Source of the DNA: a virus
IMG/VR virus record: IMGVR_UViG_3300018063_000012
Span: 1 to 64,000 of that record
DNA length: 64,000 nucleotides
Direction: 5' to 3' (one strand)
Numbering within the stretch: the first letter of the stretch is position 1; every line of letters begins with the position of its first letter. The position numbers were made by a program, and so were the translations under genes. Below the pieces are notes generated by a model. The model did no database searches and was not told where the DNA came from. It saw nothing but the letters and a program-made list of their open reading frames with translations. Of this stretch, positions 28,336 to 39,102 are shown piece by piece.

Positions 28336-29847
28336 GTGCCCATTGCGATTACAGACGCGCAGATTAAAAAAGCTACAATATTTGTTGCAAAGAGAAACTA
28401 TCTACTATTCTTTAAATTCGTGCTTGGCGCGGATATGGAGGAGTTTCACCTTGAGTGGTTAGGATGGCTTCAGAATCGATATGTAAATATCCTCGCACCA
28501 CGTGACCACGGAAAGAGTCACTTTTTCACCGTTGGATATGCCATCTGGAACGCATACTACAAACGTCATAAATCAATTTACATTTTCTCTGCATCCGAAC
28601 GCCAGGCTGGAAAAATGCTTGCACGTATTAAAGATGAGATTGAAGAACGGCCCGACTTGTTATGGTTAAAACCACTTAAACTGGAACAGTGGAATAGACT
28701 AAGTATTAAGCTCTCAAATGGTGTTGAGATTCATGCCCAAGCAATCAACTCGCGCACACGCGGCCCGCGCGCGGGACTTATTATTTTGGACGATATTCTG
28801 GACGAGAAGAATTGCGCTACTAAAGATATGCGTGAGACAATGGATAACGTAGTGTTAGAGAAAATTTTACCTATGTTGAATAAGGACTTTAAGGACCGCC
28901 AGTTTATCGTAGTTGGAACTCCACAGCACTACAAAGATACACATCATACGCTCCTGGCTAATCCACTGTTTAAAGGGAAGAAGTATAAAGCCATTATCGA
29001 CGAGAATAACAAAATAGTATTGTCACCACGACGTAGACCATACGAACGTCTTATGGAAGAAAAAGCGGCGATGGGATCCGTACTTCGATTTACTAAAGAA
29101 TATCAGTGTGAACCTGTAGACGAATCAAGTACCATATTCCAGATGAAACTATTGGGGATGGCAAAGGATATAAATTCCATAGCACCATTATCATACAACG
29201 GGACCGGTATCTGGAGAACATTTATGGGTGTAGACTTTAGCGTGCCAAATGTAACGAAGAACTGGACAGTCATCTGCGTGATTGGCGTTGACAACGTCGG
29301 GCGAATAACGCTTTTAAATCTGCACTGGTCCCGAGGACACAACTTCACAGCTCAAATGGCTATTGTAGAAGATGCCTGCACACGGTTTAACGTGTCATTG
29401 GGATTCCTTGAGGCAAATGCTTTTCAGGGTATTTATGCGGATACTATAAATGATAATACTGCACTGCCACTCAGAAAGTATGTGACTACAGGAAAAAATA
29501 AAAATGACCAGACTTGGGGACTACTCGGACTTGAAAATATGTTTATTACTCGCAAGATACTATTGCCGTATCATCCCGACGATGCACGAGGTAAGGCAAT
29601 GACGGATAGACTATGCCTTGAATTGAATCAACTACGGCTGGTAGATGGCAAAGTTAAGTCGGCGGGAGAGCATGATGATTGTGTTATGGCTTTCTGGCTT
29701 GCATTGTGTGCGGCGAGATCCGGTATCATAACAGCAGGAGCATCATCTATGCAGACTAATCCTTTCTTTAGAAGAGGGATGGAGCCAGGTAGTGGTAGAG
29801 GTCAGATAGGAAATATAGAGGGAAATCGAGGATGGAAAAAGTCTTAA
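28336..29847 (+). CDS. terL: Terminase large subunit
   Basis: APRDHGKS Walker A, IILDD Walker B, VGTP, MGVDF, E.NAFQ, HDDCV. Confidence 0.93.
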   Translation: MPIAITDAQIKKATIFVAKRNYLLFFKFVLGADMEEFHLEWLGWLQNRYVNILAPRDHGKSHFFTVGYAIWNAYYKRHKSIYIFSASERQAGKMLARIKDEIEERPDLLWLKPLKLEQWNRLSIKLSNGVEIHAQAINSRTRGPRAGLIILDDILDEKNCATKDMRETMDNVVLEKILPMLNKDFKDRQFIVVGTPQHYKDTHHTLLANPLFKGKKYKAIIDENNKIVLSPRRRPYERLMEEKAAMGSVLRFTKEYQCEPVDESSTIFQMKLLGMAKDINSIAPLSYNGTGIWRTFMGVDFSVPNVTKNWTVICVIGVDNVGRITLLNLHWSRGHNFTAQMAIVEDACTRFNVSLGFLEANAFQGIYADTINDNTALPLRKYVTTGKNKNDQTWGLLGLENMFITRKILLPYHPDDARGKAMTDRLCLELNQLRLVDGKVKSAGEHDDCVMAFWLALCAARSGIITAGASSMQTNPFFRRGMEPGSGRGQIGNIEGNRGWKKS

Positions 29848-29910
29848 ATATTCGGACAGTCCTAACTGGTTTCTGTATGAAGAGATGGAGATATAAGCAC
29901 AGGAGACTAA

Positions 29911-31473
29911 ATGCCAGTAGATAAACCTAAAAGTGAAGTTGGAACATCAGTAGTTCCAGAATTACCAGCAATAAAAAAAGAGTATATTTCCGCTACTTTT
30001 GATACCGATATTCGACGGACAAAATTAAAACTACTTCGGAGATATATAGATTCGACCAATAAACCACCTTTTCCGGGATTGGATAAAGAAGACTCGGATG
30101 GTGTAAAACGTCGAGTAGCTGAAGGTATTGCAAGAGGAATTATAATCGAAAGAGTAGGTCTCCTCCTTGGAAGAGCTAAATTCGCCGGAGCAAAAGCTAT
30201 TGAGATGACTAACGATTCGGTAGAAAAATTAGTCAAAGACGTATGGGAGAAGAATAAATTATCTAATCAGATGAGACTGTTTCATCGTGCCGTTCTTTGG
30301 GCAGGTTGTTGTGGCTGGAAATTTGTTGTTGATCCAACTCAAGAGCTGAAGTATAGATTCAATTTAATTCCCCCAGAGCAGATATTTCCAAGATTTAAGA
30401 ATAAGGATGACCAGACCGCGTATAATATATCATACTGGGATATTATGTATAAACGGATAGACGGTTCATACTACTTGGAGCGAATTGGACCGGATTATTC
30501 AGTTGTGTATGAAGGTATACTTATGGATGATAAAGCCGTCCAAGATAACGCTGTAGCTACTCTGGGGATTACAAATCCTATTGAATTTGTTCCGGTTATC
30601 GTATTTGCACATCAGTTAGGGATATTTCCTTTTGTCTTTATGGCAAGAGACGCAGATACAAGTATTTTTGGCGAATCATTGATAGAAGGAATCATTGACC
30701 GTATTGACCGAGTGAATGAGATATTAGTCAATTCACTTTGGGCGATGAGAAATATGGCCGACCCCATTATGGTTATTCGAGGGGCTAAAAAAGAACATCT
30801 CTTTAAAGATTCAGATGCCATATGGTTCTTGCCTAATAAAGACGGCTCCGTCCAAATATTAACTTGGGAAGGTGTAACCGATGCAACGTATAAAATGATT
30901 GAATATTTAGTTAAGCGAATGCATAAAGAATGCGCCGTGCCTTTGATACTTAATTCTTTTGACCAAAATATTCCAGATCTATCTTCAAGAGCTCTTGAGA
31001 TTATATATACAGATGCTGTGAATGCTATCGAAGGAGAGCGTGATGACTATGAGACGATGTTCAAACAGATATTTAATCTGATTGTAAAGGCCGCACAAGT
31101 TACTAAAGAAGAAAACATTCCCACAGATGAGAAAGCGGCAGAACTTAAAGAAATTAGATGGGGTAGTATCCTTCCTGTAGGAGCGGACAATATTGTAACT
31201 CTTACAATTCAAAAGTATAGTTCCGGTCTGATTGACCAACAAACCGCACTGGCTGAAATGGGATACCAGGAAGAAAAGATTAAGGAAATTATGCAACTAA
31301 CCGCCGCTCAAGCCGCCTCACAGAACGCTCCGGGAATGGATGGTGGCGGTGGCGAGACTATGACTTGGGCTGAACTGGCCCCGGAAGACCAGCAAGCATT
31401 AACAGATGCCGGAATTGACCAGACACAATGGGAAACACTTACATTAGACCAACAGAAAGGTATACTCGGTTAA
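29911..31473 (+). CDS. Portal protein (SPP1 gp6-like)
   Basis: Follows terL; H.LG.FPFV, GES.IE..ID, LS.RAL, W..ILP. Confidence 0.8.
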   Translation: MPVDKPKSEVGTSVVPELPAIKKEYISATFDTDIRRTKLKLLRRYIDSTNKPPFPGLDKEDSDGVKRRVAEGIARGIIIERVGLLLGRAKFAGAKAIEMTNDSVEKLVKDVWEKNKLSNQMRLFHRAVLWAGCCGWKFVVDPTQELKYRFNLIPPEQIFPRFKNKDDQTAYNISYWDIMYKRIDGSYYLERIGPDYSVVYEGILMDDKAVQDNAVATLGITNPIEFVPVIVFAHQLGIFPFVFMARDADTSIFGESLIEGIIDRIDRVNEILVNSLWAMRNMADPIMVIRGAKKEHLFKDSDAIWFLPNKDGSVQILTWEGVTDATYKMIEYLVKRMHKECAVPLILNSFDQNIPDLSSRALEIIYTDAVNAIEGERDDYETMFKQIFNLIVKAAQVTKEENIPTDEKAAELKEIRWGSILPVGADNIVTLTIQKYSSGLIDQQTALAEMGYQEEKIKEIMQLTAAQAASQNAPGMDGGGGETMTWAELAPEDQQALTDAGIDQTQWETLTLDQQKGILG

Positions 31474-31893
31474 ATGGCCGAACCATTAGTTCCTGAGACC
31501 ACCAAAGAATTACCCGTAGCAGAGACTGAAAAAGTCGAAATGCTCCGGAAGAATGTAACAGACTTCGTCGATTTAGACACGGAACTGGAAAATAAACTAC
31601 AAGCTAAATTGGCTGTAGCCCTAAATAAGGCACTGGCCGCTCTACGCAAGGAATTAAAGAAGATACTCGAATCACCCGAAGGTCACGATTATAACTCAAA
31701 GAAATCTAAACTGATGATTGAAAAGGCGGTAGCACAGTTCAATGAGGAATGGGTGATAGAAGCTAATAAAATATTGGGTCCGGAAATTGAGGCTTCCGTT
31801 TCACGCGGTATACTCCAGAGCAAGGATATGATCGCGGTTGTTGAGGGAGATAAGAGTCAACTAAGAAAATATACGAAGAGCGAGGCTAAATGA
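31474..31893 (+). CDS. Hypothetical helical protein (possibly N-terminal part of minor head module)
   Basis: ORF after portal. Confidence 0.5.
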   Translation: MAEPLVPETTKELPVAETEKVEMLRKNVTDFVDLDTELENKLQAKLAVALNKALAALRKELKKILESPEGHDYNSKKSKLMIEKAVAQFNEEWVIEANKILGPEIEASVSRGILQSKDMIAVVEGDKSQLRKYTKSEAK

Positions 31894-33227
31894 GTAAGAG
31901 AGATTGGACAGCGGAAGAAGAAGCTTTTTATAGGAAACACGCACGTAAGAATTGCTTATTGAGAGATACTATTGACGAGGCAGTATCCACCAAGTTACCA
32001 AGACGCACCCCTAAACAAGTAAAAAGTCATTTTGAGAATACTGGTGAGTCGTGGACTGGAATGGGTGGGGCATCCGCACGGACCGCACTTAAAAGTATTC
32101 CAGATAAAAAACCAATATCGACATCTGAAAAAGTTGTATATGATAAGCAGATTCAAACTCTAAAGTCACAGAATGCTGAAGTACTGTCTAAGTATAAATC
32201 AGTGCTTCAACAAGTTGGACGGAAAGAATATATATCAGCATTGATTAGCGAAGCCTGCACCAGATTGTCCAATGATACTCTGGAGATAGGAAAATTCAAC
32301 CCGCCGAAGAGAGATAATAAAGGAGTCATAGACGAGACAATGGTGATGATTCTCAGTGACTTGCACGCGGGTGAAGCGGTGAGTGAAACGGATACTATGG
32401 GATTTGGAAAGTATGATGAAATCCTTTTCCAACGACGAATGGAGTATTATGTTGATATTGTAAAATTATATGCAAGAGACTTACTGAGTAATTATCGATA
32501 TCGAAAGCTACATATTTTCTGTCTGGGTGATATGATTACTGGACTGATTCACGAGGAGCTGATGCAGTATCAGACATTGTCTCTTGTTGAATCGGTTATC
32601 CTATGTGTCAAAGTAATGGAGAGAGTCATTCTGGATTTACTTAATACCTTCGAGACAATTGAATTGGACTGCGTAGTTGGCAATCACGGTAGATTAAAAC
32701 AACAGTATGTGCATAAAAAACGGGCGATAGATAACTTTGATTTCATCTGCTATAAGATGCTCGAGGCTTCCTTCGCAAGTGAGAAGCGGGTGAAGTTTGT
32801 GATAGCTGATGCACCGCATTTGATTGTAGATGTTGAGGGCTGGAAATGGTTCCTAACTCACGGAGATAATATTAAATGCTTTAATGGAATTCCGTACTAT
32901 GGCGTGATGCGGGAGATTAAGAAATGGGGAGATTTAATGGCTGCCCAGAATTGTGCATTTGACTATGTCTGCCTAGGACACTTTCATACAGCGTATACTT
33001 TTTCACGGGCGAATAACGGTAAAGTATTCGGGAATGGTTCCTTGATTGGGCCGACCGAGTATTCATTAGACGGTTCATTCGATCCGGCTTGTGCATCCCA
33101 ATGGCTACTGGGCGTGCATAAAGAGATAGGTGTAACACTGCAGATTGACGTATATCTACAAGACCCAAAAATAAAAGAAGACTATAGATATAACTTTACT
33201 GTAAAAAAGAATAACCAGAAGGCCTGA
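31890..33227 (+). CDS. Calcineurin-like metallophosphoesterase with N-terminal HTH/coiled coil
   Basis: SDLH, LGD, GNHG, THGD, GHFH motifs. Confidence 0.85.
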   Translation: MSKRDWTAEEEAFYRKHARKNCLLRDTIDEAVSTKLPRRTPKQVKSHFENTGESWTGMGGASARTALKSIPDKKPISTSEKVVYDKQIQTLKSQNAEVLSKYKSVLQQVGRKEYISALISEACTRLSNDTLEIGKFNPPKRDNKGVIDETMVMILSDLHAGEAVSETDTMGFGKYDEILFQRRMEYYVDIVKLYARDLLSNYRYRKLHIFCLGDMITGLIHEELMQYQTLSLVESVILCVKVMERVILDLLNTFETIELDCVVGNHGRLKQQYVHKKRAIDNFDFICYKMLEASFASEKRVKFVIADAPHLIVDVEGWKWFLTHGDNIKCFNGIPYYGVMREIKKWGDLMAAQNCAFDYVCLGHFHTAYTFSRANNGKVFGNGSLIGPTEYSLDGSFDPACASQWLLGVHKEIGVTLQIDVYLQDPKIKEDYRYNFTVKKNNQKA

Positions 33228-33228
33228 T

Positions 33229-33852
33229 ATGGCTGATTTATCCCGGATTAAACTAAGCAAACGTCTAAGAGGAAAACTAGACTTTTATAGAAAGGCTGGA
33301 ACACTTAAAGCGGCTGGTTTTAGTGGTCGAGAGATGCAACGGATTACTAACTTCCTACGAGAGACCTCATCTAATAAAATCACAGCAGTAACGGATTTAG
33401 TACGGTCCCAGATACAACGCACGCTTGCAGATGCGCACGCTAATCAACTACCATTTATTTCGGTAGTGAACAGACTTGTAGCTGAGACTGACTTAAATAG
33501 AGGGATATACTCCACTGTGAGAAAGAGGGCCGCGGTGATAGCAACTAATGAGTTACATCGCGCGCGTACGGCCGCTATGTTCGCGCACGCGGTAGACCAA
33601 GGATATACTTATTTTGTCTGGATTTCGGTGCTTATGCAGTCTACTTGCCCTATCTGCCAGCGAAGGCACGGACGTAATAAGACTTGGGAATCTTGGTTAA
33701 AGATTGGGATTCCACCTGCACCACATGTAAATTGTAAATGCACATTGGTGCCCGGACGGGGTATACCTATTCCGCGAGAGCCCATTCAAAGGACAGTGGT
33801 TAGAAGATTAGGTATTATGACTCGAATGCTAAGACAAGCACCGAATGTTTAG
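33229..33852 (+). CDS. Minor head/head morphogenesis protein (SPP1 gp7/Mu gpF-like)
   Basis: RA.VIA.NE..RA, TCPIC, PP.PH.NC.C. Confidence 0.8.
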   Translation: MADLSRIKLSKRLRGKLDFYRKAGTLKAAGFSGREMQRITNFLRETSSNKITAVTDLVRSQIQRTLADAHANQLPFISVVNRLVAETDLNRGIYSTVRKRAAVIATNELHRARTAAMFAHAVDQGYTYFVWISVLMQSTCPICQRRHGRNKTWESWLKIGIPPAPHVNCKCTLVPGRGIPIPREPIQRTVVRRLGIMTRMLRQAPNV

Positions 33853-33893
33853 ACTATATCTCTATAACAATAGATTGATTGAGGAGGTTCGAT

Positions 33894-34133
33894 ATGGCGA
33901 AAGCTAAAAGGTTAGCAGTAAGAAGGAAAGCCCGTAAAGCATATGAACGGGCAGTAAAGAAAAGTAAACCAGGTGGCGGTGCCAGATTCCGCACATTAGA
34001 GGCCTCTGCCGCTAAAGGTGGAGCTAGCAATCCAGCCGCTGTAGCTGCCACCGCAGGACGTATGAAATACGGTCGTGAAGGAATGGCCAGACTTAGCGCG
34101 ATGGGTAAACGCGGCGGGAAGCGGGGTAGATAG
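33894..34133 (+). CDS. Small very basic Gly/Ala-rich protein
   Basis: SD gaggagg; MAKAKRLAVRRK...AGRMKYG.EGMARLSAMGKRGGKRGR. Confidence 0.65.
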   Translation: MAKAKRLAVRRKARKAYERAVKKSKPGGGARFRTLEASAAKGGASNPAAVAATAGRMKYGREGMARLSAMGKRGGKRGR

Positions 34134-34526
34134 ATGGGAGTTAAAACGTCGTTGACAGGACAATTCCTTGTTATAGAACAAGTTACCCAGGGTCAGAATA
34201 AAGTCGCCAAACCATTTGATTTTAAACTAACAGAACAATCTAAGTATTTCAGCGTTAATGTCGCTCTGGATAGATTTACCTTAAATCAGGCTGTGAATCT
34301 GAATATGGGTGTTGCCACTAGTCTATACGTGAGCGCTAAGAAAGTTAGCGATGGGTCTAAACTTCCTATTCGTATAAATATTTCAGAAACAGCCGGGTCC
34401 GTTTCAGTTGTTGATAACGATATCAGAGCTTCCGTATTAATTCTTATGGAATGTGATGTAGTGAGTCTATCGTTAGATAACGATACGACTGATGACTGTG
34501 AGGTTGAGATAATTGCGGTCGGCTAA
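34134..34526 (+). CDS. Probable structural protein
   Basis: Beta-rich 130-aa ORF. Confidence 0.5.
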   Translation: MGVKTSLTGQFLVIEQVTQGQNKVAKPFDFKLTEQSKYFSVNVALDRFTLNQAVNLNMGVATSLYVSAKKVSDGSKLPIRINISETAGSVSVVDNDIRASVLILMECDVVSLSLDNDTTDDCEVEIIAVG

Positions 34527-34532
34527 GATAAA

Positions 34533-34712
34533 GTGCCTGTAAGGTCTAAAGACCAGTGGAGATTTGTACTAAGTCAAAGGAGTAAAGGCGCGACTTGGGC
34601 GAAAATTCCCGACTGGAATCTAAAAGGTCGTTTTAAACGACTGCCGGAGAAAGTAAAAACAGGAAAGAGAACTAAGCGTGGAAAACAAAAGAATAAAGCA
34701 GGAAAACGATAG
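34533..34712 (+). CDS. Small basic protein (59 aa, not in ORF track)
   Basis: GTG start; MPVRSKDQWRF...WAK...W....KRLPEKVK...GKR. Confidence 0.55.
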   Translation: MPVRSKDQWRFVLSQRSKGATWAKIPDWNLKGRFKRLPEKVKTGKRTKRGKQKNKAGKR

Positions 34713-34937
34713 TTACGCCACGGAATGGGATGCTCTGCGTGCAGGGATGTTGGTCATCGCAAGAGAAGTTGAAGTAGATTCTGAAAAGGGTGATCCAGTA
34801 GAGCCGGGGGCTAAATTTGTAATAGAAAAAGTTCAATTTAAGACATATCCATTTCATAAATGGATTATACACTATTTGCCAGCAGTGGATAACTGGCCGT
34901 GTAAGAAATGCCAAGCAAGATTAGATAAGGAAAATTA

Positions 34938-35954
34938 ATGAGAATCTTAATTGCTCACGGTTATGGAATGTCGTGGGATCCGGATTCACCACACGGCGGC
35001 GCTGAAGAATTTACTATACAACTTGCAACAAGATTAGTACAGTATAATGGGAACCAGGTTACTGTGGTTAGAAATCCACTCAATTTAGTTAATGTTCGGG
35101 CAGGCGTTTATTGGATTGGACCTGGTAGTTGGATAAAAACACAAGAGTACGATGTACTAATTTCTGTTAAAGATTTTGATGCTATTCGCCAAGTAAAAGC
35201 CACTAAGAAGATTTTAGTATATCCGCAATTTTTTGTAGCACCCTCCAACATAAATAAATTAGTTGACCTGCATTGTGTTATGACTGAAGCCCAGAAAGAT
35301 TTGCTTATGGGTAAGGGGATTGAAGAACATCGAATAGTTGTCACACCGAATTGCTATGATTCAGAAACATTAGATTATAACTATGGATTAGAACGAGATA
35401 CATATCAAGTAATGTTTGCCGGAGCTACAGTACTGAAAAAAGGTATTGATTTGCTCCTGATAGCCTGGAAGGAAATACTTGATTACGAACCTGAAGCTAA
35501 TTTAGTCATCGTTGGATCCGCGAGTCTCTGGGGACAAGCCAATAAGGAAATTGAAGGATATGGAGTTCACGAGTTACCAGAAAGAGTTACATATAAAGGA
35601 TTCATATCTAAAGACGATGTATTTACCACGATGTGGGAATCCGGAATGTTTGTGCATCCATCCATAAATGACTGCGCCCCAACTACTGTGATTGAGGCAC
35701 AGGCGGCAGGGTGTTATGTCGTGGCAAGCAGAGTAGGTGGAGTACCAGAATATATGGCAGGCGGCGCAATGTTTGAACCAGGGAATCTGTCCGAGTTAGT
35801 GAAATCATTAAAATTTTATTTCGCGAATATAGCTGTATGCCAAGAGAAGGCTAAACGAGGACAGAAGATAGTTGAAGAAATGTATCGTTGGAGAGATAGA
35901 ATATGGGATTGGAGTCAATTAATTCAAGTGCCGTATGAGAAACGAATTAAGTGA
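34938..35954 (+). CDS. Glycosyltransferase GT4 (GT-B)
   Basis: GGAE, KG.DLL..AW, PS..D..P....EAQAAG..VVAS.VGG.PE. Confidence 0.9.
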   Translation: MRILIAHGYGMSWDPDSPHGGAEEFTIQLATRLVQYNGNQVTVVRNPLNLVNVRAGVYWIGPGSWIKTQEYDVLISVKDFDAIRQVKATKKILVYPQFFVAPSNINKLVDLHCVMTEAQKDLLMGKGIEEHRIVVTPNCYDSETLDYNYGLERDTYQVMFAGATVLKKGIDLLLIAWKEILDYEPEANLVIVGSASLWGQANKEIEGYGVHELPERVTYKGFISKDDVFTTMWESGMFVHPSINDCAPTTVIEAQAAGCYVVASRVGGVPEYMAGGAMFEPGNLSELVKSLKFYFANIAVCQEKAKRGQKIVEEMYRWRDRIWDWSQLIQVPYEKRIK

Positions 35955-35977
35955 ACGCACATATTTAGAAGGAGTGT

Positions 35978-36694
35978 ATGAACCAGACCATATGGGTTGA
36001 GCTATTGCTGGATAAAGATAATGAGAAGTTCCTTCAAGACTATCTAATGAATATAGTAGGATATGCCTTCGGGTTAGTATGTATCGGACATCGAATTACA
36101 CCAGCGGCACTGAAGATATTGAAACAGGCACCATTACCCGTCGTGTTACACGAGTATCGTGACGAATTTCATGAAGGATTGATGCGTAGTAAAGCTTTGG
36201 AGTTAGCTAAAGAACAGAAAGCTGACTATATTCTTATTCAAGATGCAGATGAACAGATGAGTGAACAATTTTGTAAAGAGATTGTAGAGTACCTTTCACA
36301 ACCAAATCCACCAAATTGTATTACTTGTCCTTGGGTAAACTTCTGGAATACTAAAAATAAAGTTCGAGTAGATGGATATTGGTTCCCTGAATGGCGGAGA
36401 CGTATTAAAGTTATGAAGACAGATAAGGTTTTGAGACGTCCAATGGGCAAAGTTCACTATGGGCCGGTCATAGAAGAAGGTAATAAATTTGACTCAAAGT
36501 GGTTTTGTAAACACTACGGGTATATGTATGAAATGGACAGAATACGGAAAAATGGTCGCTGGCAAGATTCTGGTATTAAGTTTTTCGCTGATTATTCTTA
36601 CCACGTTGGTGGCGTTCCCGTCCTTATGGACTGGATTGAAGAAGAAACATACGAAAACTTTTTATCACGAGCAAAGGCGACACTGAATGGATAA
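35978..36694 (+). CDS. Glycosyltransferase GT2-like
   Basis: R..AL......DYIL.QDADE, KHYGY. Confidence 0.8.
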   Translation: MNQTIWVELLLDKDNEKFLQDYLMNIVGYAFGLVCIGHRITPAALKILKQAPLPVVLHEYRDEFHEGLMRSKALELAKEQKADYILIQDADEQMSEQFCKEIVEYLSQPNPPNCITCPWVNFWNTKNKVRVDGYWFPEWRRRIKVMKTDKVLRRPMGKVHYGPVIEEGNKFDSKWFCKHYGYMYEMDRIRKNGRWQDSGIKFFADYSYHVGGVPVLMDWIEEETYENFLSRAKATLNG

Positions 36695-37628
36695 ACCATC
36701 CATTTTATTTTTAATAGATAATACTACTATCTATTCGCATGGTAAAATAATATCATGTGCGTTTACTCAATTAGGATATCGTACTCGAGTACTTGATTTT
36801 AATTCTAAATGGAGTATGATTGAGGATACAATTAAAACATTTAAGCCAGATGTAGTTTTTAGTATTGGTGTCCGGCATACGTGGATGAGTAAGCGGATAA
36901 AAGATACTGGATGTAAATTAGTATACTGGTATCCAGATGCGTATTTTATATTTGATAATAGAACCCGAGATGGAATTTTGGAAGTATTGACTAACTGTGA
37001 TAAATTTATTACTACAATGAGAGGACATGTAGAAGCGGCTAAAAATATTACTAATAAAGTAGTATGGATTCCAGCATTCTTCTCATATGATTACTATACA
37101 CTTACAGGTAATAGGCCAGACCATCCGGCGATTGATATTTGTTTTATAGGTAATAAGCATAGCGCCTCACCGCAACGAGCGCCGTATATGGAGACAATAC
37201 GTAAATTAATTCCCGCTAATATTTGGTGGATTGGACACGGGGGATGGTATAAACCCATCTTGAATGGTCCTAAGGTTGCCCAGATTTTACAAGAATCAAA
37301 GATAGGACTAAATTTTATATCCGGAGGTCCCTTGAATTGTGACTTACAACATTCAGTGAGAATTTTTACCGTAATGGGTTGTGGTGCAATGCTATTGACG
37401 GAACGTATTCCAAATATGGATGATTTGTTTATTGATGGGATCCATTTAGTGCAGTTCGATGGGGTGACTGATTTAGTGGATAAGTCTGTGTATTATTTAC
37501 ATAATACTGATGCACGAGAAAAAATAGCAAAAGTAGGACAGAAGTTAGTATTGCAGAAACATACATTGAAGAATAGACTAATTGAATTTGAAAAAGTTAT
37601 TAATGAGATAGTCTGTGTTAAAGCTTAA
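36687..37628 (+). CDS. Glycosyltransferase, CgeB/Glyco_trans_1_2-like
   Basis: FKPDVVF, DICFIG, SKIGLN, RIF..MGCG.MLLTE, YYL.....RE.IA..G......HT...R. Confidence 0.85.
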   Translation: MDKPSILFLIDNTTIYSHGKIISCAFTQLGYRTRVLDFNSKWSMIEDTIKTFKPDVVFSIGVRHTWMSKRIKDTGCKLVYWYPDAYFIFDNRTRDGILEVLTNCDKFITTMRGHVEAAKNITNKVVWIPAFFSYDYYTLTGNRPDHPAIDICFIGNKHSASPQRAPYMETIRKLIPANIWWIGHGGWYKPILNGPKVAQILQESKIGLNFISGGPLNCDLQHSVRIFTVMGCGAMLLTERIPNMDDLFIDGIHLVQFDGVTDLVDKSVYYLHNTDAREKIAKVGQKLVLQKHTLKNRLIEFEKVINEIVCVKA

Positions 37629-38091
37629 TCTTGGATGCGGCAGTGAAGAGATATTATCCGGATACATCAATGTTGATATTCGACCAGTGCATACAGCAGT
37701 GAGAATAGATGATATTATTTATCTTTCAACCTTTGAATCTAATATAGTAGATGAAGTTCGGGCGAGCCATTGTATTGAGCATATTCCAGTTGAACATATT
37801 CAGACTGCAGTTAATAATTGGGCCCGAGTATTAAAACCAAGTGGGGTGCTATTTGTGTATTGCCCAGACGGCCATTTGATCGCCCAGGACTTAATAGACA
37901 GTAGAATTAATATTAGAGATTTTTCTTACTATATTTTTGGTGCCCAGACATATAATGAAAATTTGCATAGGGCCGCATTTGATTATGAGCGGTTAGTAGA
38001 TGTCGTCCAAAAAGCAGGATTAACTGTAATTGGTCCCGCGAAACGTCCTAAATGTTATAGATATGAACTCGGGATTCACTGCATAAAATGA
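37615..38091 (+). CDS. SAM-dependent methyltransferase (type 11-like)
   Basis: KLNLGCG...GYINVD, ASHCIEH, RVLKP.G. Confidence 0.85.
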   Translation: MLKLNLGCGSEEILSGYINVDIRPVHTAVRIDDIIYLSTFESNIVDEVRASHCIEHIPVEHIQTAVNNWARVLKPSGVLFVYCPDGHLIAQDLIDSRINIRDFSYYIFGAQTYNENLHRAAFDYERLVDVVQKAGLTVIGPAKRPKCYRYELGIHCIK

Positions 38092-39098
38092 AAGTTGGAA
38101 TTGTTGGCTACGCCAATACCAGCGGACTGGGACAGCTGATTTTTAATTTGAAAGAAATGATATCAGAAATTGCCGGGCAGTTTATTGTAAGTCATAAAGT
38201 GAAAGATAGAGAAGTGAATTACTATCCAGCCGAATATGATTATAGGTCCCCATATTCCTGTGCATTTCATTCGGATGACTTTATGACTTGGTTTAATTCA
38301 TTTAAACCCGGTGTAATAATTTTACTCGAGACCCCTTTTAATTGGGAGATTATTCCAATATTAAAAAAAGAAGGGTGTAAGATAGTATTTATGCCGATGC
38401 TTGATTCTGTACCTCTGTCGAGAATTACTCATAGTAGTTTAATCGATTGCTGGATTGTGTGTAATCAATGGTCTAAGGATTTACTTAATAATTTAGAAAA
38501 TGTTTTTTTAGTGGGAGCACCAATTAATACTAAAAAGTTTTACTATAAAACTCGAGGACTTGGCAGTGGATTATTATTACATCATGCCGGATATGCGGGT
38601 ACGCGCGGGCGTAAGGGAACACAGGAGATACTGACGGCATTTGAATATATGAAGAAAATGCCAGAATATAAAGACGTTCGATTAAAGTTGTATTCCCAAA
38701 CACCATTGAAGATTGATAATAAAGATATAGACTATCATATCGGAGACGAACCGAATCAAATAACAATGTTTGAAGAAGGAGATGTATTTTTAGCGCCATC
38801 AAAAAGAGAAGGGGTAGGAATGCATATTTTAGAAGCGATGGCATCTGGATTTCCAGTTTTAACGACTAATTATCCACCAATGAATGAGTATGTAAATTGT
38901 CCGAGACTGTTAGTTAATGCAAATATTACGATTAATAATATGAGTATAGATATTGCAGAATTATCAACTAAGATGGGGTCCGCCGCACTATCATCTTTGT
39001 CTCTAATTGGAGAATATAATCGAAAGAGGATTGAAAAGTTTTGGTCTTATGATGCTGTGAGACCTGTGTATAAAATGATACTGGAGAGCTTAGTTTAA
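38088..39098 (+). CDS. Glycosyltransferase GT4-like
   Basis: RKG...L.AF, PSKREG.G..ILEAMASG.PV.TT..PPMNE. Confidence 0.88.
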   Translation: MKVGIVGYANTSGLGQLIFNLKEMISEIAGQFIVSHKVKDREVNYYPAEYDYRSPYSCAFHSDDFMTWFNSFKPGVIILLETPFNWEIIPILKKEGCKIVFMPMLDSVPLSRITHSSLIDCWIVCNQWSKDLLNNLENVFLVGAPINTKKFYYKTRGLGSGLLLHHAGYAGTRGRKGTQEILTAFEYMKKMPEYKDVRLKLYSQTPLKIDNKDIDYHIGDEPNQITMFEEGDVFLAPSKREGVGMHILEAMASGFPVLTTNYPPMNEYVNCPRLLVNANITINNMSIDIAELSTKMGSAALSSLSLIGEYNRKRIEKFWSYDAVRPVYKMILESLV

Positions 39099-39102
39099 TA
39101 AG

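Noticed and set aside
31359-31473. MTWAEL in the portal C-terminus (and WT motifs at 31890 and 44355) as extra MAW-tag copies
   Set aside because: They lack the ARxAS..RR part and are acidic or Myb/HTH-like.
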